The notes under the pieces are model-generated. The model was not told where the DNA came from and searched no databases. It saw only the letters and a list, made by a program, of their open reading frames with translations. Below, one piece after another: positions 52,913 to 62,039 of a stretch of DNA of 64,000 bases (positions within the stretch are counted from its first letter, which is position 1; each line of letters starts with the position of its first letter). The DNA lies in assembly GCA_944392985.1 (NCBI GenBank), contig CALXYL010000007.1:15989-79988 (forward strand), in the 5' to 3' direction. Position numbers and translations under genes: made by a program. The DNA comes from an uncultured Spirochaetaceae bacterium (GTDB lineage Bacteria; Spirochaetota; Spirochaetia; Sphaerochaetales; Sphaerochaetaceae).

Positions 52913-54046
52913 TCAGATTCCCATGCGCTGCATGAATCTCATGATGTTGTCCATCGTGAGCTTCATGTCATTCTTTGCGCGCGGGCGGGCCTCCTTATAT
53001 GGAACAGCGACCCTGTTGATGCTGAAGATACCGGCAACGCCTTCATCATATGCCGCATCGATATCGTCCCCGATATCCCCGACGACAGCAATGACGGGAA
53101 TGCCCATCGCCTTGGCCTTCCTGGCAACTCCTATAACGACCTTGCCACGGAGCGACTGGCTGTCGATCTTCCCTTCCCCGGTAAAGACCATGTCAGCGCC
53201 TTCAGCGAGCTTCTCGAAGCCCGTGATCTCAAGCACAGCATCGATTCCCATCTGCATCCTGGCACCGAAGAAGGCTTTCATGCCTCCCCCCATGCCGCCA
53301 GCAGCACCGCTTCCGGGAATCCCCTGCAGCGCGATTCCGAGATGGGCCTCTATTACGGAAGCGAGCTTCATCATCTTGCCATCGAGAACCTCGACCATAT
53401 GGGGATCGGCCCCCTTCTGCGGGCCATATATCGCCGCTGCACCTGTCGGGCCATAGAACGGGTTGTCGATATCACACATAGCTGTGATCGGAAGAGCCTT
53501 GACACGCTCATCCATCGTCGAGAGATCAACGCTCTCTATCCTATCGAGAGTATCGCCAACCGGAACAAAGCTGTTTCCGTCCTTGTCCCTGAACGTAACA
53601 CCGCAGGCGGCAGCTGCACCGCAGCCCGCGTCATTCGTGGCACTGCCTCCGAGGCCGATGACAAGGCGCTTGGCTCCGCGCTTCGCGGCATCGAGGATGA
53701 GCTCTCCGACTCCATATGTCGTCGTCTTTGACGGATCCTTGCGGTCTCCGACAAGCGGAAGCCCTGCAGAAGCCGCCATCTCTATGACTGCCGTCCCATC
53801 AGGAAGCATGCCATAGAAGCTCTCCATTTCCTCATTCCAAGGGCCTCTTGTTTTCAGCGTGATCCTCTCCCCGCCAAGGGCAGTGAGGAAGGAATCAACA
53901 CTTCCCTCACCGCCATCAGCAACAGGGATGGAGACAATGCTACACTGAGGATGGTAAGCGAGGATCCTCTCCTTCATGATGGAGATTATCTCTGCGCTGG
54001 ACATCGTTCCCTTGAATGAATCAGGTATCAGTACCGCCTTTCTCAT
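52913..54046 (-). CDS. glxK: Glycerate kinase
   Basis: MRKAVLIPDSFKGTMSSAEI...IPVADGGEGS...GLGGSATNDAGCG...VFTGEGKIDSQSLRGKV. Confidence 0.9.
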   Translation of the reverse strand: MRKAVLIPDSFKGTMSSAEIISIMKERILAYHPQCSIVSIPVADGGEGSVDSFLTALGGERITLKTRGPWNEEMESFYGMLPDGTAVIEMAASAGLPLVGDRKDPSKTTTYGVGELILDAAKRGAKRLVIGLGGSATNDAGCGAAAACGVTFRDKDGNSFVPVGDTLDRIESVDLSTMDERVKALPITAMCDIDNPFYGPTGAAAIYGPQKGADPHMVEVLDGKMMKLASVIEAHLGIALQGIPGSGAAGGMGGGMKAFFGARMQMGIDAVLEITGFEKLAEGADMVFTGEGKIDSQSLRGKVVIGVARKAKAMGIPVIAVVGDIGDDIDAAYDEGVAGIFSINRVAVPYKEARPRAKNDMKLTMDNIMRFMQRMGI

Positions 54047-54056
54047 ACTTCACCTA

Positions 54057-55430
54057 TCAGATAAGGAAGAGAGAGAGGATCCAGACGAAGATCATGCCGA
54101 CAACGCCCATGATTCCGGTCATTGCGGACTGTGTCTTGTATCCATCTTCCATCTCGATGTGACCGAACTTCGTGACAACCCAGAAGTAGGAGTCGTTCGC
54201 ATGGGAAACCGTCATAGCACCAGCTGCGATTGCCATAACCGTAAGAGTACCAGCCATCGGTGTCGTAAGGCCGAGAAGGCTCATCATTGAACCCGGGTCG
54301 GTGATCATGCCCATGATGCCAGCCGTTGTCGTGAGAGCGACAGTGGAGGAACCCTGAGCCGTCTTGAGGATCGCGGAAACGATGAACGGGAAGAAGATTC
54401 CGATTGTGGCAAGCACCGCTGCATGCTCCTGCATATAGCCAACGAAACCAGCCTCGGAGATGACCTTTCCAAGAACACCGCCAGCTGCTGTGATGAAGAG
54501 GATCGGTCCGACAGTCTTGAGTGTCTCATCGACGAGGGAATAGAAATCCTTCATCTGATGCCTCTGTGCGAGGAGAATGACACCGAAGATCACGCCGATT
54601 GCGAGAGCGATGATAGGCGTTCCGATGAATGCGCAGAATGTAGCGAACGGTCCGGTCCAGCCAGCCATGGAGGAAATCGAGCCGATAGCCATCGCGATGA
54701 TAGGAACGATGATCGGAGCAAGAGCCATGAAGCCGTTGGGGAGCTTTCCAAAGCTCTTAAGGAGCTTCTCATACTCTTCCTGGCTGACATCATTCTTGTC
54801 CTCGCTTGTCTTGACGCGCTTGCCGATGTAGTTCGCATAGAAGTATGCCGCGATGAGACACGGGATCGAGACAAGAGCACCGATACCCATGACGAGAAGC
54901 AGATGATCACCTACTCCAAGGGAGCTTGCTGCTGCAATCGGGCCCGGTGTTGGCGGGATGAATACGTGGGATGTATAGAGTCCTGCGGAAAGAGCCACTG
55001 TGAGGGCAACAGAGGAGTAGCCTGTCCTCTTCTGCAGAGCGCTCCTGATCGGATCGAGGATAACGAAGCCTGAATCGCAGAAAACAGGGATCGATACGAC
55101 CCAGCCCATGAGCTCAACAGCGATGTCAGGGTGCTTCTTGCCGACAAGGCGCACGACCATCTCTGCCAGCTTGAGCGCGCCGCCGGTCTTTTCAAGGATC
55201 GTTCCTACAAGGGCGCCAAGGATGATGACGATACCGATGCTTGTGAACGTTCCGGAGAATCCGGCGCCTATCATGTTCGGTATGCTTGCCAATGGGATTC
55301 CAACTACGATAGCGAGTATCAGCGAAATGCCCATCAGAGCAATGAACGGATGGAGCTTGAACTTGCTGATTGCGACGATCATCACGACGATTGCGATGAC
55401 GAATGAGATAATCAGTCCGATTCCAGACAT
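54057..55430 (-). CDS. GntP-family organic-acid permease (gluconate/glycerate/diacid type)
   Basis: 457 aa, about 12 TM. The overall GntP pattern includes VSIPVFCDSGFVIL and TVSHANDSYFWVV. Confidence 0.88.
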   Translation of the reverse strand: MSGIGLIISFVIAIVVMIVAISKFKLHPFIALMGISLILAIVVGIPLASIPNMIGAGFSGTFTSIGIVIILGALVGTILEKTGGALKLAEMVVRLVGKKHPDIAVELMGWVVSIPVFCDSGFVILDPIRSALQKRTGYSSVALTVALSAGLYTSHVFIPPTPGPIAAASSLGVGDHLLLVMGIGALVSIPCLIAAYFYANYIGKRVKTSEDKNDVSQEEYEKLLKSFGKLPNGFMALAPIIVPIIAMAIGSISSMAGWTGPFATFCAFIGTPIIALAIGVIFGVILLAQRHQMKDFYSLVDETLKTVGPILFITAAGGVLGKVISEAGFVGYMQEHAAVLATIGIFFPFIVSAILKTAQGSSTVALTTTAGIMGMITDPGSMMSLLGLTTPMAGTLTVMAIAAGAMTVSHANDSYFWVVTKFGHIEMEDGYKTQSAMTGIMGVVGMIFVWILSLFLI

Positions 55431-55537
55431 TTTTCTCTACCTCCTGTTTTCAAGGTTACACACGGGCTTTTTCCAAAGTCTCGCATGTTCCTAAGACTAT
55501 TCTAGAGGCATGAAAACCAAATTCAACAGGAATTTTT

Positions 55538-55551
55538 TGTTACCTGTAACA
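55538..55551. promoter_or_regulatory. Perfect 6-2-6 palindrome TGTTACctGTAACA (operator candidate)
   Basis: It lies in the AT-rich 200-nt region upstream of the GntP permease gene. Confidence 0.3.
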
Positions 55552-55633
55552 TTATTTCATATAAAATCCATAGAAAAATTGTTATGCACAATAAATGAAG
55601 GGGATGTGGCCGGCATAGCCGGGCCATAGGAGG

Positions 55634-56392
55634 TCAATGGGCCTTCTCTGAGCAGGCGATGAGATCCAGGAGGGAGGCCGCATCCTCCATCAGCTGTTTC
55701 CCGGAATCATTGCGGACGAACTCAAGAAGCAGATACCTGCTTGGCTCCGGATCAAGATTGGCAAGATAGCCCTTCCATGCATCAAGTCCATCACGAAGAG
55801 GAAGCCTCTCCTCATCAACCCAATGGAATACATGGATATTCCCTACGCGGCTTCCAAGAGCCGCAAGACCTTCTTCCCTCTCCTTCTGTCCAAGCATCTG
55901 CAACGGCTGCCACAGGGTACGGAGATTCTCTGCAGCCACATCATCGATGAACCTTCTGCCGCTTTCATTGGAATCCATGACAGTGCGCCGATGCCACTCC
56001 ATGACAACAGTCATTCCCGCTGATGCGGCATCCGATGCAACGCGCCTCGCTTCATCGACAAGAGCGCGGTACTGATTCCCATCCAACTCTGCGGAAGGTA
56101 CTGAGCCTCCCCAGATGCGGATGGTGTCTGCCCCCAGAGCCTCTGCGTTGCGAAGCCTGGAATGGAAATCCATATTCTCTCCCAGACGGTAGTATGAGCC
56201 GTACTCCACCACCGAAAGCCCGTTCTCCCGCGTCCTCTGTCCGACCTGACGGGACTTTGAAGGGTCATCCTCCCCAATATGCCATCCCTCGCTCCATTCG
56301 ATTCCCCTTAGCCCTGCCTGGAGGGCAAGGTCAATGACTGCCTCAAAAGGCTTTGATCTGAATGTTACGGAAACGATTCCGGGAATGAGCAT
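55634..56392 (-). CDS. Xylose-isomerase-like TIM-barrel sugar-phosphate isomerase/epimerase (SgbU/UlaE-like)
   Basis: The ATG at 56392 follows a GGAGGTGG SD. VSVTFRS...GLRGIEWSE...IRIWGG...MEWHRRT are motifs typical of the AP-endonuclease-2 / xylose-isomerase TIM barrel. Confidence 0.7.
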   Translation of the reverse strand: MLIPGIVSVTFRSKPFEAVIDLALQAGLRGIEWSEGWHIGEDDPSKSRQVGQRTRENGLSVVEYGSYYRLGENMDFHSRLRNAEALGADTIRIWGGSVPSAELDGNQYRALVDEARRVASDAASAGMTVVMEWHRRTVMDSNESGRRFIDDVAAENLRTLWQPLQMLGQKEREEGLAALGSRVGNIHVFHWVDEERLPLRDGLDAWKGYLANLDPEPSRYLLLEFVRNDSGKQLMEDAASLLDLIACSEKAH

Positions 56393-56440
56393 ATCCACCT
56401 CCGCCCTCCATGATAGCACGGAAGGAGGAGGCAGTGACCA

Positions 56441-57673
56441 TCAGACTCCCCACATATAGGCAATGGCGGGAATGATTCCGAACATCGCGATAGTGCAGAC
56501 TGTCAGCAGGATGAAGAGAACGCGGAGCTTGATGCCGTTATATGCGATCAGGACCTTGTCCTTCCTCACCTGTGCCCTCTTCGCCGCGATCGCCTGATAC
56601 GTCATGATCATTATGACTGCAAGCGTGAATATGTTTATCATCGTGATAAGCGAGAAGATACCGGCGTCAGAGACCATCGAAAGCCCGACAAGCATAGAGG
56701 AAATGACACCGAAGAGACCTGTGCCAAGCATGCCGACGCTGTCCTCTCCCGTATAGCTCTGGCTGTAGAATGCGATGATGATCCAGATCACGACGCTGAA
56801 GAGGTTGATGAACGCCTGGAGGAAGAGCGATATACCCGCTCTGTTCGCCCTCACGATGATCTCGAGCTGTGTCCTCACTGAATCATCGAAATGCACCGCA
56901 GGATCATTGTTTGTATCATAGTAGTAGTTCAGCCTGAGCGTGAAGTTGTCGACGGTTTCCGTATCATGTATCAGGCGGTAGCCCGATGTGATGCCGAAGT
57001 ACGGGGTGAACCCGCTGACAAGGATGCCATCGGAGTCAGTTGACCTATCTGGGACATACCTGATGTAATCCGCATCCATCGTCGGCAGGATGTACATCTT
57101 GAACTGCACAGAGTCCAGAGGATAGCGCACGCTGTCGAAAGCCTTCTCAAAGGCCCCGTTGAAGCGTATCTTCTGGTAACACATCGTCCTGAGATTGCCC
57201 GACTCATCATAATACTGGACTTCCTCGAGCTCCTTGAGCATGCCAAGCGAATCGGGCACGAACTCCCCATTGCCGAGCACGAACATCGTCTCCTTGTCAG
57301 TAAGCACATTGGAAGGAGTCTCGCCAGGATAATACTCATGATCATGCGAATCGACCCACGTCTCGAAGTAGTCGGAATGGGCATCAAGCCATTCATCATG
57401 TGAGAATGTCCCATGCGGCCGCTCCTCACCTGTCTCGGCGTAATAATCATCGATGATCTGGTCGGCAAGGACATTCCTCGAATAATGGCGGAACATCTCG
57501 CGGAACTCATCCTTGTCGAACTTGAAGTAGATCTGCATCCTCGCCTCATAGGAGGATGTCGCAGATGAGATGTTCTTGATCTTCTCCAGAACCGCCCCGA
57601 CAGTCACCTCGACATAATAGGCATCGGGATTATTGGCCCGCGACGTGCTTTCGAGATCGTCATGGTACTTCAC
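56441..57673 (-). CDS. Pentameric ligand-gated ion channel (Cys-loop superfamily)-like membrane protein, 410 aa, no evident signal peptide
   Basis: Beta-1/beta-2-like start: YVEVTVGAVLEKIKNISSATSSYEARMQIYFKFDKDEF. Loop-7 signature FDSVRYPLDSVQFKMYIL (compare GLIC LDFRRYPFDSQTLHIYL). Pre-M1 Arg, then four TM helices with a K/R-rich M3-M4 loop. GTG start. Confidence 0.5.
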   Translation of the reverse strand: MKYHDDLESTSRANNPDAYYVEVTVGAVLEKIKNISSATSSYEARMQIYFKFDKDEFREMFRHYSRNVLADQIIDDYYAETGEERPHGTFSHDEWLDAHSDYFETWVDSHDHEYYPGETPSNVLTDKETMFVLGNGEFVPDSLGMLKELEEVQYYDESGNLRTMCYQKIRFNGAFEKAFDSVRYPLDSVQFKMYILPTMDADYIRYVPDRSTDSDGILVSGFTPYFGITSGYRLIHDTETVDNFTLRLNYYYDTNNDPAVHFDDSVRTQLEIIVRANRAGISLFLQAFINLFSVVIWIIIAFYSQSYTGEDSVGMLGTGLFGVISSMLVGLSMVSDAGIFSLITMINIFTLAVIMIMTYQAIAAKRAQVRKDKVLIAYNGIKLRVLFILLTVCTIAMFGIIPAIAYMWGV

Positions 57674-57911
57674 CTGTAATGAAGAAATAGGATGCGACGC
57701 GCATCGCGATGCGGTAGCTAGGCTCCTCCTCTCCCGAGAGGATCCTCTCCATCTTCGCTGGATTGACCGATACCGCCCTTGCGAGCGTTATCCCGTATCT
57801 GCTTTCAATGTAGGCAGCAAGCGTTCTGAGCTTATCTGCAGTTCTTTTCCCACACTGTTCATAGTGCAACAGCATATAGGAGCCGGAGGACAATGAGAAG
57901 AAGGGTATCAT
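57660..57911 (-). CDS. Small XRE-family helix-turn-helix protein (83 aa or shorter)
   Basis: [34 protein letters not shown] has the same spacing as the canonical LAEKLGVSRSTISRIENGKRNPS...IA HTH_3 pattern. An ATGA start/stop overlap links it to the upstream epimerase gene. It overlaps the downstream gene by 14 nt. Confidence 0.5.
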   Translation of the reverse strand: MIPFFSLSSGSYMLLHYEQCGKRTADKLRTLAAYIESRYGITLARAVSVNPAKMERILSGEEEPSYRIAMRVASYFFITGEVP

Positions 57912-58603
57912 TGTCCGTAGTAGGCGTCCTTTCCATGCTTGCGTAGATAGTGCTTGTCCAGAAGGCTCTGCTGCATCGGGGCCAGCGATGGATTGAGCAT
58001 CCGGGCATGGAAGGCCATGAACGCGACCTCCTCAAGCACCACCGCATTGTGAACGGCATTCCCCGGATCCTTGCCCCAAGCGAACGGGCCATGGGAATGA
58101 ACCAGCACTGCAGGGATGTCGTCAGGGGAAATGGAGGAGAACGCCTCGACAATGACATTCCCTGTCTCCTTCTCATACTCTCCCCCGATCTCCGCGTCAG
58201 TCATAAGCCTTGTACACGGGATCTCCCCATAGAAATAATCCCCCTGCGTCGTTCCATATGCAGGAATCCCACACCCCGCCTGCGCAAATGAGGTTGCCCA
58301 TCTGGAATGGGTATGCACTACTCCCCCGATACCAGGGAACGCGTTGTAGAGCACAATGTGCGTAGGTGTATCAGAGGAAGGCTTCCACCTTCCCTCCACC
58401 CTCTCTCCCGTTTCCAAGGATACGACAACCATGTCATCAGCGCTCATTGCATCATACTCAACCCCGCTCGGCTTGATGACCATAAGCCCCCGCTTTCTGT
58501 CAACACCGGAGACATTGCCCCAGGTGAATGTGACAAGCCCGTGCTTAGGCAGTGCAAGATTCGCCCTCAGCACCTCTTCCTTCAATGATTCAAGCATCTG
58601 CAC
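57908..58603 (-). CDS. araD: L-ribulose-5-phosphate 4-epimerase (AraD/SgbE/UlaF family)
   Basis: [30 protein letters not shown]...[10 protein letters not shown]...[16 protein letters not shown]...HGKDAYYGQ. Confidence 0.9.
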   Translation of the reverse strand: MQMLESLKEEVLRANLALPKHGLVTFTWGNVSGVDRKRGLMVIKPSGVEYDAMSADDMVVVSLETGERVEGRWKPSSDTPTHIVLYNAFPGIGGVVHTHSRWATSFAQAGCGIPAYGTTQGDYFYGEIPCTRLMTDAEIGGEYEKETGNVIVEAFSSISPDDIPAVLVHSHGPFAWGKDPGNAVHNAVVLEEVAFMAFHARMLNPSLAPMQQSLLDKHYLRKHGKDAYYGQ

Positions 58604-60164
58604 CCTCCATTGGCAGGCAATCTATCGCGGCCTTTTCCACAGGCAGGACTGAAAGGAACCTCGAAAGATAATCCCTGAACCCCTCCACAACGGCAGGATC
58701 AGGATCCATCCGCGTGCCTTCCGTATTGCAGAATACACGGCTGTCGAGGTAATCCTCAAGGCTCATGCCGTCTCCTGAGATCATATAGGATGCAAGAAGA
58801 GCCATGCCGTATGGCCCTCCCTCTCCCGCACTCCTCATCGTATGGACAGGAGCATCGACTGCCCCAGCAAGGAAGCTGGAGCCTGTCACCGGATGCCGGA
58901 AAAGACCGCCATGTGCCATCATGCGATCGATCCTGACTCCATCAGAGCGCAGGATCTCCATGCCATGGGAAAGCGTTGCAAGCGCTGAATAGAGATGCGC
59001 CCTGGCAAAATCCGCAAGCGTTGCCTTCCTGTCAGGACGGCGGATGATCAAAGGGCGGCCATCGGAGAATCCCGTAACAGGCTCGCCGGAGATATAGTTT
59101 ATGACAGTGAATCCACCGCAGTCAGGACTGCCCTTGAGGCTCTCCTCATAGAGCATCGTGAATATCGCATCAGGATCATCATTCCCTCCCATAAGGCGAA
59201 CGGCTTCCTGGATGATGGATACATAGCTGTTCATGTCGGTTGTGCAGTTATTGCAGTGGACCATCGCGACAGGACGTCCTGTTGGTGTTGTCACGATATC
59301 GATCTCCTCATGGACGCTCTTCGGCATCTTCTCAAGCACGACCATTGAGAATATCGAGGTACCGGCAGAGACATTGCCAGTTCTTTCCCTCACCGCATCA
59401 GTCGCGCTCATTCCCGTACCGGCATCGCCTTCAGGAGGCGCAAGGGGAATACGAGCCTCAAGATCTCCATCCACATCAAGCCAGGATGCACCTTCAGGCG
59501 TGAGCACCCCAGCATTCTCCCCAGCCTTGAGCACCTTCGGGAAGATGCCATCGATCCCGATTCCCGTGAGCTTCATGAACTTCCCTGCCATCTCCGCATC
59601 CCAGGTACATGTGGCAGGATCAATCGGGAACATGCCGGATGCATCACCGATTCCAAGCACCTTCTCCCCCGTCAGGCGCTGATGAACATAGCCGGAGAGC
59701 GTTGTCATGAAGGCTATGCGTGATGCAAAAGGCTCACCATCGAGAATCGACTGATAGAGGTGCGCGATGCTCCAGCGCTGCGGGATATTGAAGCCGAAAA
59801 GCCGGGTAAGATCTGCCGAGGCCTCCGATGTCGTGGTATTGCGCCAAGTACGGAATGGCGTGAGAAGGCATCCTTCATCATCGAATGCCAGAAGCCCATG
59901 CATCATCGCGGAGATCCCGATGGAAGCGACCCTGTGCAGCTTTTTCCCCGTTCTGCTCTCGAAAACCTTCTTCAAAGAGCTGTAGCAGGCTCTCAGTCCC
60001 TTTTCGACCTCATCAAGACCATATGTCCAGTAGCCACCTTCAAGATGGTCCTTCCAGCTGTAGCTTCCCGAAGCAACAGGAATGAAATCAGGGCCGATCA
60101 TAACGGCCTTTATGCGTGTTGAACCTAGTTCGATGCCGATGCAGCATGATTCCTGGTCTATCAT
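58590..60164 (-). CDS. FGGY-family pentulose kinase (ribulokinase/L-xylulokinase-like)
   Basis: The ATG at 60164 follows a GGAGG SD and gives [29 protein letters not shown]- and C-domain patterns are present. The track N-terminal extension was trimmed. Confidence 0.82.
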   Translation of the reverse strand: MIDQESCCIGIELGSTRIKAVMIGPDFIPVASGSYSWKDHLEGGYWTYGLDEVEKGLRACYSSLKKVFESRTGKKLHRVASIGISAMMHGLLAFDDEGCLLTPFRTWRNTTTSEASADLTRLFGFNIPQRWSIAHLYQSILDGEPFASRIAFMTTLSGYVHQRLTGEKVLGIGDASGMFPIDPATCTWDAEMAGKFMKLTGIGIDGIFPKVLKAGENAGVLTPEGASWLDVDGDLEARIPLAPPEGDAGTGMSATDAVRERTGNVSAGTSIFSMVVLEKMPKSVHEEIDIVTTPTGRPVAMVHCNNCTTDMNSYVSIIQEAVRLMGGNDDPDAIFTMLYEESLKGSPDCGGFTVINYISGEPVTGFSDGRPLIIRRPDRKATLADFARAHLYSALATLSHGMEILRSDGVRIDRMMAHGGLFRHPVTGSSFLAGAVDAPVHTMRSAGEGGPYGMALLASYMISGDGMSLEDYLDSRVFCNTEGTRMDPDPAVVEGFRDYLSRFLSVLPVEKAAIDCLPMEGADA

Positions 60165-60268
60165 CCAATCCTCCCCGGCACCTTGTGCCGCCATCACTGA
60201 TGATAACACGAAGCAGGGAAATCGGTGCATTCTCTTATCTTCTCCTCTCGAACATCGCCAGAGCCTTA

Positions 60269-60297
60269 TGTACACGCATTATCAATATCCGTATAAT
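60269..60297 (+). promoter_or_regulatory. Promoter with a consensus -10 placed 6 nt from the start codon (leaderless-mRNA candidate)
   Basis: TGTACA (60269-60274), a 17-nt spacer, then TATAAT (60292-60297). The ATG is at 60304. No SD is present. Confidence 0.45.
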
Positions 60298-60303
60298 CTA
60301 TGC

Positions 60304-61311
60304 ATGAAAAAACTTGTTTCACTCCTTCTGATGACAGCAATCATCATCTCAGCGGCAACTGCAGCCGATCCTGTGAAGATCGATGCGCTGATTCTTCCGA
60401 AATTCGAGAATGGCGAGATGAGCGGGGACTTCCCCGGCGAAGCCCAGTATTACCATGAGGCATACACCGAAGGCGGTGATGTCTATGATATCCCTGGCGC
60501 CCCGGCAGGACACCAGCTCTATGTCAAGGATGGCATCGCCCTCTTCGTGACGGGCATGGGAAAGGTCAACACCGCAGTCAGCCTGACATCGCTCCTTACC
60601 GATGACCGCTTCGATTTCTCCGATGCATACTTCCTTGCAACAGGATGCGCAGGATCATCCACAGAGTACACAGTCATGGGGGATGTATTCATCATCACAG
60701 CCACGATCGACTTCGATCTTGGCCACCATGCAGATCCACGCGAGATGACCTCCGGCGCTGTGGAGACATGGTTCCATGATGCATCATATGATGACGCTTC
60801 CTTCAAGCTGCTCAATCAGGAGCTTGCGGAAACCGTCTACCAGATGACGAAGGATGCAGATGTCAGGACAACGGAAAAGACCGCTGCATTCATGGCTGCG
60901 GCATTCCCCGGAGAGGAGTGGGCACAGAGGGAGCCGATGGTTCTCAAGGGCACCACGGTTACCGCCGACAACTACTGGAAGGGATACTATGATGAAGCCA
61001 ATGCAAGGCTCATGACAGAGACATATGGAGCGCCTGATCCGTATGCCCTTTCCGAGATGGAGGACAACGCAATCGCTGTGACACTTGACAGATTCGGGCT
61101 TCTTGACCAGCTCATCATCATCCGTGACAGCGTCAACATGGATGTGTTCATGCTTGGAGCCACACCCGAGAGCCTCTGGGATCCGAACTTCCAGGATTCG
61201 CTCTCGTCCGAGGACAGCGTCGAAGCCGCTGACATCTTCGCCACTGCCATGGAAAACAACTTCAAGGTCGGCAGCATCGTCATTGATGCCATCAAAGCCG
61301 GTACCCTCTGA
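60304..61311 (+). CDS. NUP-family (purine nucleoside permease-like) secreted protein
   Basis: Signal peptide MKKLVSLLLMTAIIISAATA. KIDALILPKFENGEMSGDFPGEAQYY...VTGMGKVNTAVSLTSLLTDDRFDFSDAYFLATGCAGS matches the family pattern as I recall it. Confidence 0.65.
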   Translation: MKKLVSLLLMTAIIISAATAADPVKIDALILPKFENGEMSGDFPGEAQYYHEAYTEGGDVYDIPGAPAGHQLYVKDGIALFVTGMGKVNTAVSLTSLLTDDRFDFSDAYFLATGCAGSSTEYTVMGDVFIITATIDFDLGHHADPREMTSGAVETWFHDASYDDASFKLLNQELAETVYQMTKDADVRTTEKTAAFMAAAFPGEEWAQREPMVLKGTTVTADNYWKGYYDEANARLMTETYGAPDPYALSEMEDNAIAVTLDRFGLLDQLIIIRDSVNMDVFMLGATPESLWDPNFQDSLSSEDSVEAADIFATAMENNFKVGSIVIDAIKAGTL

Positions 61312-61385
61312 TCATTGCAGATCACTCCAGACGGCCCTTCGGGGCCGTTCTTCTTTCCGCAAGCATATGTGGTTATAATGATCCC

Positions 61386-62039
61386 ATGGAAGAGACACTG
61401 AGAACGATCCTCTGCTTCGGGGACTCGAATACCAATGGCTGCAACCCTGAGGACGGGACAAGGTGGCCTTATAACGTGAGATGGACAGGTGTAATGCAGC
61501 GGGAGCTCGGCGAAAACTACCTTGTCATAGAAGAAGGACTTGGCGGAAGGACGACCGCATTCGAGGATCCTTTCTACCCCGGAAGGAAAGGCATCGATTC
61601 ACTTCCTTCCATACTTGAAACGCATTACCCCCTGTCTCTTGTGATCATCATGCTCGGGACAAATGACTGCAAATCATGCTACAGCGCCACTCCTGAAGCA
61701 ATCGCATTCGGCATGCGCCGCATCGCGGAGACTATAAATTCATTTCCGTATCCAGTCTGGATCCAGAAGCCAAGGATACTGATCGTCTCACCAGTGCATA
61801 TCGGGAAGGAGACGGAAAGATCAGGATGCGCTGTCTTTGACCATTCATCGCATCTGAAATCGCTGAAGCTCGCACCGCTTGCAAAAGCGGAGGCGGAAAA
61901 GGCAGGGGCCTCCTTCTTTGATGCGGCATCGGTTGCAGAACCCGGCGTTGACAGCATCCATCTCGGGAAGGACGGACATCTCGCACTCGGCCTTGCACTC
62001 GCTGGAAAGGTACGGGAAATGCTGGAAGGACAATGCTGA
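61386..62039 (+). CDS. SGNH/GDSL-family hydrolase
   Basis: Block I ILCFGDSNTNG, block II GLGGRTT, block III MLGTNDC, block V DSIHL. Confidence 0.85.
   Translation: MEETLRTILCFGDSNTNGCNPEDGTRWPYNVRWTGVMQRELGENYLVIEEGLGGRTTAFEDPFYPGRKGIDSLPSILETHYPLSLVIIMLGTNDCKSCYSATPEAIAFGMRRIAETINSFPYPVWIQKPRILIVSPVHIGKETERSGCAVFDHSSHLKSLKLAPLAKAEAEKAGASFFDAASVAEPGVDSIHLGKDGHLALGLALAGKVREMLEGQC

Noticed and set aside
60082-60303. 74-codon N-terminal extension of the NUP-like ORF, and the 37-codon extension of the kinase ORF (60165-60275)
   Set aside because: The extensions overlap each other on opposite strands and lack family motifs. Internal ATGs give a signal peptide (NUP-like protein) and an SD plus the FGGY N-terminal motif (kinase).
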